A stretch of 12,077 nt of DNA from Octopus sinensis (taxonomy: Eukaryota), in contig NW_021826719.1 of the NCBI RefSeq assembly GCF_006345805.1, forward strand, positions 1-12,077. Direction: 5' to 3'. Position 1 is the stretch's first letter. Each line of letters starts with the position of its first letter. Below the pieces are notes generated by a model. It had not been told where the DNA came from and ran no database searches. It saw nothing but the letters and a program-made list of their open reading frames with translations. Positions 1 to 8,812 of the stretch are shown one piece after another. A program made the translations under genes and the position numbers.

Positions 1-410
1 GAACATATGTTATAGAATAAAAGTAGGTGCGTGTAGCGGTGCGACTCGAGATGGTCGCTCTTACTAGTTCGGGTTAGGAGCCCAGTCGATTGAAGCGGAG
101 AACATTTTTGAAGAGTAAACAGAGTCGTCAGCAAACGTCTGTCGATTGATGACTTTCTTATGTATTTATTCTTTCCGGATACAACACTAGAAAGTACATC
201 ATACGTGGCAAATTCAGTGGATTTCTTAATGAAACTGGATTCAGTTTTAACTTCAGCTAAGTTTGCAAGCTCCCAATAACATCCCACATTGTGTGGCTTT
301 GTACGGATTTTTTCTTTAATATCAGCTTTGATGCTCAAATCGGAGAGATCGATTGTCGAATTTCCGCCGCTTCTTTTTGGAAGACTCCATCTTTGTTCGA
401 CAAAAGTTAG
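1..410 (-). CDS. Stop-free reading frame of 136 codons running off the window start; host exon or non-LTR retroelement ORF fragment, product unknown
   Basis: Manual translation from 410 downward: LTFVEQRWSLPKRSGGNSTIDLSDLSIKADIKEKIRTKPHNVGCYWELANLAEVKTESSFIKKSTEFATYDVLSSVVSGKNKYIRKSSIDRRLLTTLFTLQKCSPLQSTGLLTRTSKSDHLESHRYTHLLLFYNICS. There is no stop in non-repetitive AT-rich DNA. It has no in-frame ATG and only a weak AAG acceptor at 392-391. Confidence 0.35.
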
Positions 411-417
411 ATAGATA

Positions 418-472
<55 letters not shown>

Positions 473-546
473 TATATATATATACGTGTATATGTATGTA
501 TGTACATATATATATATATAATAATATATATAATATATAATATTAT

Positions 547-588
<42 letters not shown>

Positions 589-637
589 CAGATATATATA
601 TTCACATACATAGACACAGGCATACATACACACACAC
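411..637. repeat. Compound microsatellite (TA)n-(GA)n-(CA)n
   Basis: Long (TA)n from 422, (AG)n at about 564-586, and CA-rich tract to about 637. Confidence 0.95.
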
Positions 638-735
638 TACCCGTATGCAGATGTTATAGAAGAAACACTACAATACGTTTTATTGTCAACATTAATTTAG
701 AATTTAATAATTTGATATGATAAACATTCATACCC

Positions 736-960
736 ACTTGTATGTATAAATGTATGTATGTATGTATGCGTTTATGTATGTACGTATGTATATATGCGTT
801 TATGTATGTATGTATATATGTATGTATGTGTGTACGTATGTACGTATGTATGTTTGTATGTATTCATATATCTATGACTGCGTATATGTAAATATGTTTA
901 TATGTACATATGAACATACGAATGCATGTGCATATGTATACGTGCACAGACGCACGTCTA
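736..960. repeat. Degenerate (TATG)n / alternating purine-pyrimidine microsatellite
   Basis: TATG/TACG/TGTA units directly visible. Confidence 0.9.
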
Positions 961-1769
961 AGCAAGTATGCAAATAGCAAATAACCAAGAGTACGTACGA
1001 ATCTGTGAGAGTGTTTATGAATCTGTGTGTGTGTGTGTGTGCGCGCGCGAATGTGTGTGTTGTGAGCATCATCAGACAAAGGAGCCACCTTATGGCTGAA
1101 AACAAAGTTTTTTTCAATATCTGCTTTGCAAAAGCGATCGGAAACGTCTATATTACCTCCCCTTAGTACTGAATCGCCTAAGTGGCTCCCTCTACATTTT
1201 CGTGCAGTAATTTAATTTCCTCCTCTTATAGATTCATTTTTGTATCATACACTCGGCTTTGTTTTTTCTCCCTTTTTTTTCTATTTTGCTTCTTCGAATA
1301 ATCTTTTCAAAATTTTCTCAGCTTTTTGTATTATTTATTTCGTCTTCACCTGTTTTTGAATTGTGAAAATTTTTATCCGATATTTCTTTCGACATCACAT
1401 ATAATGAAGAAGCGAGTTGAACTAAACTTTAACCAATAGAATGGACAAAAGCAAAGATATACAAAACAATTATGGCTGATGGAATAAATGAAAATTAAGA
1501 TTAAATAGAATATATTTGGTTTCTTTGTTTTGTCTTTGTCTATGCGTGCGTGCGTGCGCGTGCGTGGTGTGTGAAAAGCTGAATATAAATAAATAATTAC
1601 AAATAGAAGACGTCAGAAGTAAATTGGTGAATAGATAGGAAGATAGACAAATGAAGAGAAATGGAGAGGAAGAAGGAAAGGCGCACCAAAGACATAGATG
1701 AAAATATTCATCATTACATTTCTTAAAAACACCCAGAACAATTATTTTATCAGATAAGAAACTACATAC

Positions 1770-1794
1770 AAATGTATATAAATATGTATATATC

Positions 1795-1826
<32 letters not shown>

Positions 1827-1900
1827 TATATATGCATGTATGTATGTATATACTTACATACATACATACGTACAAACATACATGCACACATACACATGTA
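1770..1900. repeat. Compound (TA)n/(TATG)n/(TACA)n microsatellite
   Basis: Directly visible. Confidence 0.9.
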
Positions 1901-2026
1901 TACTTCTGGGTGCGCTTTATATCTAACCAGAGACAAAATCAATTAAATATTAAAAAGAAACGCATATGTAAAATACACAGATTATTTCAGAAAAGATTGA
2001 TAGTGACTTCGAAGTTTTTCCAATAG

Positions 2027-2074
2027 ACAATCAGATGGAGTCCAGCAGCAACGAAACGTCGAAAGAAAATAGCG
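2027..2074 (+). CDS. Candidate 48-nt symmetric (phase 1-1) internal exon, xNQMESSSNETSKENSx
   Basis: Acceptor tttttccaatAG (AG 2025-2026), donor G|GTAAAA (GT 2075-2076), length a multiple of 3, open frame. No homology recognised. Confidence 0.2.
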
Positions 2075-2169
2075 GTAAAACTATTGCTTAAAACTGTCTC
2101 CATTCATACACATACGCGCGCGCATGCGTGCGTGTGAGTATGAGCGCGGCGGCGGCGGCGGTGGTGGTG

Positions 2170-2363
2170 GTGGTGAAAAGCCTACTACCAAAAGCAGGAA
2201 CGGCCACTTCGCCTTGATTCCACACTATGCCTGTCATGGATTGAGTCTACCAGCGGTTGGGAGTTGGAGACACTTATTCAACGTCTCACACAGTGACATC
2301 GAATCCGGTTCCACATAATTTCCATTCAAAACATTTAACCACACGGCCATGTCTGAGCCACCC
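2170..2363 (-). mobile_element. Decayed tRNA-derived SINE
   Basis: The minus strand reads gctcagacaTGGCCGTGTGGttaa (A-box-like), then ccggattcgatgtc (B-box-like, 2308-2295), then cactgtgtgagacgttgaataagtgtctcc. The head resembles the in-window fragment at 11254 (gcgcaggcatggc). It runs into a (CAC)n(CGC)n tract. Family assignment is from recalled octopus SINE consensus and is unverified. Confidence 0.6.
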
Positions 2364-2662
2364 GTACGAAGTTCTGTTAACATTTGAGGAGGCATGGAAG
2401 CGTTTTAACCATTAATATTCCCCTGCAGTTAACGACTCACATAAAATGTGAGAATTTTCGTAAACACAAGCAGAATAAAATGTCCATAATTACATTTATA
2501 TTACAAAACTACAAATCAAATATAATTTTCGTAACTACAATAACTCTGAAATAAAGTCTCTAGTCACATGACAACTTCTGAATAATTTATATAGAAAATT
2601 AGCTTAGAGAAAACATGAGTAAAAAAATGAATGAATGCTAATGTAATTCTGAAAGGTGCCAT

Positions 2663-2723
2663 TATATACATTTATGTGTATATGTGCGTACATGTATGTG
2701 TGTGTATATATATATATAATATA

Positions 2724-2754
<31 letters not shown>

Positions 2755-2765
2755 GATATATATAT

Positions 2766-2809
<44 letters not shown>

Positions 2810-2888
2810 CAGATACATACACATATGCATGAATATATAGATTCAGGTATGTGTATACATGTGTATGTGTATGTATATATATATATAT
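2663..2888. repeat. Compound (TA)n/(TG)n/(CATA)n microsatellite
   Basis: Directly visible. Confidence 0.95.
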
Positions 2889-2985
2889 CTGTAGGCATAT
2901 TGCATAAAATTAGAATGATTAGTTACATATGGCCATATGTTTCACACTACAAATTTTTCAATGGAAAAATGCCTCTAGTACTGTT

Positions 2986-3029
2986 GATGGGATGGTCTCA
3001 TAGGATGGGATGGTGTCATAGGATGGTCT
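2986..3029 (+). repeat. 18-bp tandem duplication gatgggatggt(c/g)tcatag x2 plus a partial copy
   Basis: Units at 2986-3003 and 3004-3021 differ by one mismatch; partial gatggtct at 3022-3029. Confidence 0.9.
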
Positions 3030-3379
3030 GTTTGAAAACAGGATGTTGTAAAGCTGAGTGAGGAAATTATAAATTCAGTGTGCGAAGGAAGTACAAAAGG
3101 TGGAGGAAATGTGGTGATTTAGAAAGGATGCATGAGTATTAAAGTACATAAAACCTAAAGTTAAATACTGAGACAAAAATGATTTAGAAGCCAATTGGCA
3201 AAGATACACGAATAGAGAGGCTAACTAATGACGTGTTTCACTAGCAATAGAGTAAAGAGGCACAAATATATACATGTTATTTGCGGAAAAAAGGAGGATT
3301 TAAACATACTTTGAATAGTATCAGTTAATATAGTATTAATATAATGTTAACAGTATTAATTAACATGGTGCAGTAATCA

Positions 3380-3700
3380 ATGATTTATAAAGCAAATACG
3401 TTAATGAGACAATCAAAGAAGAATGTCTACACTTGTAGAGAAAATGGACTCCAGTATTGACTGATCGGTCATGTGTTGGAAGGGATGCGTCTAAGAGTGG
3501 GGAAGAAAAAGAATGAGAAGGAGGAGGAGGAGGAGGAGGAGGAGGAGGAGGAGAAGAAGAAGAAGAAGAAGAAGAAGAAGAAGAAGAAGAAAGCAGATAA
3601 CTATAACCAAAGAGAAACAGTTAAATGGACGTCTACCTGGGTATTAGGAGGTGGAAGGCGTCGGATTAAAAATAATACAAAATGTAACAATTTATGCCGA
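3380..3700 (+). mobile_element. Possible highly decayed RTE-like LINE C-terminal remnant interrupted by a triplet repeat
   Basis: Disrupted translation NDL*...IKEE...RKW...IGHVL(E/R), then after the repeat ETVKWTS...GGGRRR. This loosely resembles the RTE-clade tail ISNxELY...RxxWxGHVxR...LxWxP...RGRP. Stops and frameshifts are needed. Confidence 0.25.
3521..3589 (+). repeat. (GAG)11(AAG)12 trinucleotide repeat
   Basis: Directly counted. Confidence 0.97.
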
Positions 3701-4978
3701 GAATCCTACTGGAGAAGCTATAATAATAGGTTGTGTAGTAACGTTAAAATGAGGAAATAGGGTTCTAAAAAACAATATTTCTAATGTGAAAATGAGTAGA
3801 CTTAAGGAGAAAGAAGATGTAAAGGATGAAGTAATTATAGGTAAGTAAACCTACAGGTAAGGTTGTGAAAAGGAACAGAAGTTAACTAGAGAATAATATT
3901 AGGGTACGGAGAGAAACGTTGGGAAGTAAAGCATAGTAATATCAAAAAGTAGGTAAATAATCAAAAACTAGAAATATGGTAAAGATTGAAGTCAGCTGTG
4001 GAGAAATAACACATTAAAAAAATATATTAGATCTAAGTCGGTGTTTTAAGGGCCTCTGTCGGTCAATATTGACCATGCATTACTATCTGTAAATGCAGAG
4101 CTGGATACGATCAGATACAAAGCCGTTTCGTTATGTTTGATTGGATTTTATTGGTTTACCTGTCAATGTCTTTCTGCCAAACACCGGGATATTGCTTTGC
4201 ATACTCTAAATTTTTTCTAACTATATCACTTCTCTCTATATTTGCATTGTAATTATACTAACAAGGAATGTGTTGGCAGCATTATAGGCCCCGGGGCAAG
4301 GTAATACACTGGCTCCTTTTGTATTTACTTATTGACAGCAGACCACAACATATATTAAAATTGTGCCTCTAGGCCCGTGAGGGACACGGGCAACTACCCA
4401 TACTTTTAAGATGGCGTTGCTACCAATACCTCGGTCGCACCCACCATCAACTACTTTACCAAAATCCTTCTACAACTTTACATTCAATTCTTGCATCTAA
4501 TTTAAATGTTTTTATCTGTAATTAGAAAATGAAGCTCGTTGAATAGATTAAGCTTGTAATTCAAAAATTTAATCTTGTCTCACTTTCATAATACTCAACA
4601 ACTTCGCAGGTTAAGTCGCAGAGCAGATTATTCAAATGATCAGACAAGTGAATACCCTTCCTCGACATACACGAACGAGACCCATTTAAAAAACTTCCAT
4701 ATTCAAATTAACTCGTTCATTTTAACTACGAATTTCATAATCCACACAAGATGCTAAAAAATGTTTTACAATGCGGAACAGAATTTAATGTAATATATAA
4801 TTTTACGATTGCTATCTAATCCTGACTTGATGCTATTAATCAAGAGCAGCTACTTGTTTTTAATTAGTCGTTCAAATATATATAAAGAGAGAGAGGGAAG
4901 GAAATGGAAGAATATCATCGACTACTAGATTTTTGTCCAGGCTTAAATTGACTTATTTCATATGTTACTTATTAGCAC

Positions 4979-5523
4979 CAAAAGTATCAAGACTGTTGCT
5001 ATGGCAACGGAGCTAAAGTACGCAGAGTGAAGCCGCTTGACACACTGACCTTGAATTCTGTCGCGCATGCGCACTTAGAACATTCTCACTCACTTCGGTT
5101 GTTTATAGCAGTGTTTGAAAGTAAAGTGTGTAGAGTGCGGTCGTCCCAAAATAAAGATCGGGTTTCAGCTGTGCTGGATGTCCTTGATTGAGTCGAGAAA
5201 GACGAAAACTTTTTGAAAATACTCATAACAGATGACGAGTCATGGGTCTATGGCTGTGACTCTGAAACCAAGGCTTGTAAGGAATCTCACTCGAAAGGAA
5301 CGAGATTTGAAGACGTCTAGGAAACCCAAGAGAATGCGTCGAGGCTGCTGCACGCTATCCTAAAAAGGAGTCCCAGGAATGCTTCCATCAATGGAAATGA
5401 TGCTGATCAAAGTGTGTGGCTTCAGCAGGGAACTACTTCAAAGGAGACTAAATGCTGAATTTATATGTCTTGTAATCTTCTTTCTATAGCAGCAGTCCCG
5501 ATAAGTTTTGATCAGATCTTGTA
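4979..5523 (+). mobile_element. Non-autonomous, internally deleted mariner (Tc1/mariner superfamily) element
   Basis: The right TIR atagcagcagtcccgataagttttgatcagatcttg (5486-5521) is followed by TA (5522-5523). Its reverse complement caaaacttatcgggactgctgctat matches caaaagtatcaagactgttgctat at 4979-5002, a left TIR missing its outer ~12 bp. A transposase remnant lies between them. Confidence 0.9.
5147..5451 (+). pseudogene. Mariner transposase remnant with stops, a frameshift and deletions
   Basis: Reads QNKDRVSAVLDVLD*VEKDENFLKILITDDESWVYGCDSETK, matching mariner FLxxIITGDESWVYxYDPETK with the first catalytic D. It is joined directly to KGTRFEDV*ETQENASRLLHAI[fs]PKKESQECFHQWK*C*SKCVASAGNYFKGD*, the mariner C-terminus (KG.RF...CF..W..RW.KC....G.YFEGD*). 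Stops at 5189, 5318, 5398 and 5404; 1-bp loss near 5359. Confidence 0.9.
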
Positions 5524-5779
5524 TCTATGTATTCATAGTTCGCATTACTGCATCTGTTTGTCATCGATTCCTTGAAACAGTTGTAAAGGACTACTTTGAA
5601 TTTTCATCTTTCTCCTCAGTTATATTTTCGCATATGAAATCTCTGGATATCTACCTCCATATGAAGGACTACTATGGACTGCCTCCTTGCTATCCGAGTA
5701 ATTATTATTTATTTAGGTGTGACTTATGCTTTGATGCCATAAATAACACTTTGTCCCACTTCTATTCTATCTTCACTTT

Positions 5780-6048
5780 CATATATATGAATATGTATAT
5801 ATGTATATACATATGTATTTATATATATGTGTGTGTGTATATATATATAAATATGCATACATATATGTATTTAAGTATATATATATGTATATATGTGTGT
5901 GCATATATATAAATATGTGTGTATGTATGTATATATATGTATATATATATATGTATATAATATATGTATGTATATATATATGTATGTATATATAATATAT
6001 AATATATATATATATATATATAATATATGTATGTATGTATGTATATAT

Positions 6049-6114
<66 letters not shown>

Positions 6115-6157
6115 GTATATATATACATACATACATACATACATACATACATACATC

Positions 6158-6196
<39 letters not shown>

Positions 6197-6214
6197 TATA
6201 TATATACATACATA

Positions 6215-6258
<44 letters not shown>

Positions 6259-6395
6259 TATATATATGTATGTATGTATGTATTAATATACTACATACAT
6301 AACATACATACATACATACTACATACATACCATACATACATACATACATACATACATACATACATACTATATATATATATATATAAATATATGTA
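5780..6395. repeat. Large compound (TA)n/(ATGT)n/(ACAT)n microsatellite with higher-order periodicity
   Basis: Directly visible; units restart at 6027, 6101, 6183 and 6266. Confidence 0.95.
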
Positions 6396-6765
6396 TTGTT
6401 CTGAAATCTTTCACAGCCTTTTTATCTCATTCTGTTAATTTTTTTTATAGATATGCAATGCTGATGTATGACCTACGTGGGACTCCTCATTCGCATAAAC
6501 ACCGAACCTGGAGCTTAACTATAGTCTGTCCATAGCACTTAATATTACCTGACACATTTGGGTCTTCACGACACCATTATCTCTCATAATCTATAAGTAG
6601 GTTTACAGTCGTTCACCTATCTCTTTCTTATTCATATATTAACAGTTTAGATCTTAATTATAAAAAAATATGAAATCATTGTTCTATGCTAAGTTAGTTG
6701 ATTACAAGATAGAAATTTAAATGTAATAAACTGTTTTAAAAGAAGTTTAAAGTGGCTGCATGATA

Positions 6766-6795
6766 ACTGTAAGCCTACTTTCGGGCCACCCTGTA
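6766..6795. mobile_element. Solo Tc1/mariner-type terminal inverted repeat with TA
   Basis: The reverse complement reads TA-CAGGGTGGCCCGAAAGTAGGCTTACAGT. TA-CAGGGTG is a typical Tc1/mariner terminus. No partner TIR found in the window. Confidence 0.55.
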
Positions 6796-6898
6796 TGTAC
6801 AGATGTATATGTATATATATATATTCATATACACATACATACATACATACATACATACATACATACATACATACATACATACATACACACGCACGCAC
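6796..6898. repeat. (TA)n-(CATA)n-(CA/CG) microsatellite
   Basis: Directly visible; abuts the TA of the solo TIR. Confidence 0.95.
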
Positions 6899-7064
6899 GG
6901 TAAAAAAAGACGCAAGGGGTTTTGATAGATTGTTGTGCATATATCAAGCAGCTTAAACGGTATATATATAAAAGAAATGTTTTGCATTATGTTAACAGAA
7001 GGTCAGATGAACACAATAGCAAATATTTGCAGCGTATATACATTTTCAAACCAACGAGACATCT

Positions 7065-7212
7065 TGTGTGTGTCTGTGTATGTGTGTGTATGTGGGGGGG
7101 GGGTTCTTGTGTGTGATTGTATATGTATGAATCTATTGGTGTATGTATATATATATGTGTGTGTGTGTATGTTGTATGTATGTATGTATGTATGTATGTA
7201 TGTATGTATGTC
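7065..7212. repeat. (TG)n, G-run and (TATG)n microsatellite
   Basis: Directly visible. Confidence 0.9.
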
Positions 7213-7674
7213 AAGTTCATTTGCGTATACGTGCGTTTGTGTGTATGGGAAGGAGTGTAGGTGGGTATATTTGATCAAGAACGTAAATTCTCGCTTTAGC
7301 AGAGAATGTATGTAGTACGTCAGCGAATTTGTGAATGAGTTGTAGGTCTATGCATTTGTGTTGTCTTTAATATGTGTAACGGTGTATGTGTGTAAGGATT
7401 GGAGGACGTGTGAGGGCGTTGAGTGGGTGTATAAATGTGTGGGATAGAATATTCGCCTGTAGAAGTGTGTACGTGGGTGGGTGGGTGTGTGTGTGTGTGT
7501 GTTGTGGTAAACACATGTAAATGTTATGTCTATTAGTGTATATAAGAGTATTTGTGGGTGGCTGGCTGGGTATCCATGACGTCTGTTTGTATGTGGGGGC
7601 GACTCTATGTTTGTTGGTATCCAGGTATGCGTGGGATGTGTGTGTGTGCGTGTGTGTGTACAGGTGAGTATGCG

Positions 7675-7895
7675 TGAGAGAGAAGACCGACAAAAGAAAA
7701 GGAGATAAAGAGAAAAAGAGGAAGAAAGAAGGGAGCAAAGAGAGTAAGAGAGAATGTATCGGTGATGAAAGGAAGTGGAAAGAAGAAGTAGGCGTAGAGA
7801 GAGAGGAGGGGAGAAAAGAAATAATAAGAGACAGAAAGAGAAAGAAAGGGAGAGAGAGAGAAAGAGGGGAGAAAAGAAATAGTGATAGATAGATG

Positions 7896-7971
<76 letters not shown>

Positions 7972-8084
7972 TAGATAAATAGATAGAGAGAGAGAGAGAG
8001 AGAGAGTAAGAGATGGTGCTAAGGTGAAAGAGACACAGAGTAAGAAAGAGAGACACAAGGTTAGAATAGGAAAGATAAAGGCGT

Positions 8085-8085
<1 letters not shown>
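7675..8085 (+). repeat. Purine-rich low-complexity tract including (GATA)n at about 7884-7985 and (GA)n
   Basis: Strongly A/G-skewed on the + strand; GATA array visible. Confidence 0.93.

Positions 8086-8086
<1 letters not shown>

Positions 8087-8142
<56 letters not shown>
8087..8142 (+). repeat. (GT)28 perfect dinucleotide repeat
   Basis: Directly counted. Confidence 0.97.
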
Positions 8143-8143
<1 letters not shown>

Positions 8144-8287
8144 GGTGTAGGGATTTTGGCGCGCAATTGCGAGTGTGGCTTTTACCTGTTTCTGCACGTT
8201 TGTTCGTATATATTAGTATCAGTGGAATGAGTTGAAATGTATAAATGTGTACACGTGTGCGTCCATAAATAATCAGGTATATTTTAC

Positions 8288-8289
<2 letters not shown>

Positions 8290-8331
<42 letters not shown>

Positions 8332-8534
8332 TATATAATTATATAATATATATATATATACATACATACATACATATTATATATATATATTATATATATA
8401 TATATTATATAATATATATATATATATATACATGAAAGCACAAAGAGAAAACAGAACACGCGAGGACGTGGAACAAGTATAGTGTTATTGGACGCTCAGG
8501 AAAAGAAAGAAAGAAGGATTTTATATATATATAT

Positions 8535-8582
<48 letters not shown>

Positions 8583-8660
8583 CATACATACATACATACA
8601 TACATACATACATACAACATACATCATACATACATACGTATGTATGCATGTATGTATGTA
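8290..8660. repeat. (TA)n/(CATA)n/(TATG)n microsatellite blocks flanking a ~90-bp non-simple island
   Basis: Directly visible; island at 8431-8522. Confidence 0.9.
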
Positions 8661-8672
8661 TTCAAATATGAA

Positions 8673-8812
8673 TTAGAGCAGCGCTAGTGTTGTAAAAATC
8701 ATCGACCAGACAAATGCTCGATAATGTTCGGCGCGATCTTCTTGTTGGTCGGTAGACTGCGGTGGAGGGCGCGGAGTGGATGACTCCCTCAAAGCGCCAG
8801 ATGACGAAACAC
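8673..8812 (-). CDS. Candidate terminal coding exon (phase 1) with a Ser/Pro/Thr-rich linker and hydrophobic C-terminus (GPI-signal-like)
   Basis: Acceptor ctttCAG|G (8815-8813), then (G)VSSSGALRESSTPRPPPQSTDQQEDRAEHYRAFVWSMIFTTLALL* with TAA at 8675-8673, in a CpG-rich island. Other frames on both strands are also largely open, so the reading is ambiguous. Confidence 0.3.

Noticed and set aside
322-390. Short minus-strand ORF MESSKKKRRKFDNRSLRFEHQS* with an NLS-like run
   Set aside because: Only 22 aa and out of frame with the long open frame; expected by chance.
2199-2210. Exact 12-mer aacggccacttc repeated at 11861-11872
   Set aside because: A 12-bp match is expected by chance in 12 kb; the flanks do not extend.
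2234-2395. 53-aa minus-strand ORF MPPQMLTELRTGGSDMAVWLNV...
   Set aside because: Lies across the decayed SINE; no homology recognised.
3473-3760. 95-aa ORF with poly-E/poly-K
   Set aside because: Driven by (GAG)11(AAG)12, begins at a TTG, and has no splice context; at most it overlaps a dead LINE relic.
3792-3862. Perfect + strand donor AG|GTAAGT at 3841 (and CAG|GTAAGG at 3857) after MSRLKEKEDVKDEVII
   Set aside because: No credible pyrimidine-rich acceptor upstream; it sits in purine-skewed decayed sequence.
4061-4074. Perfect 14-bp palindrome GGTCAATATTGACC (nuclear-receptor-like half sites)
   Set aside because: The 4-bp spacer is not the canonical IR1/IR3 spacing, and one such palindrome per several kb is near chance.
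4575-4757. 60-aa ORF MSHFHNTQQLRR...
   Set aside because: TTG start, no recognisable motif, no paired splice sites.
5508-5912. 134-aa ORF MIRSCIYVF...
   Set aside because: Starts inside the mariner TIR and ends in a microsatellite; no homology recognised.
6432-6600. Strong + acceptor (T-run then AG at 6449-6450) and a possible 42-nt minus mini-exon at 6590-6549 (IMRDNGVVKTQMCQ)
   Set aside because: Each has only one good splice site. They point to opposite strands, and such signals are common in AT-rich introns.
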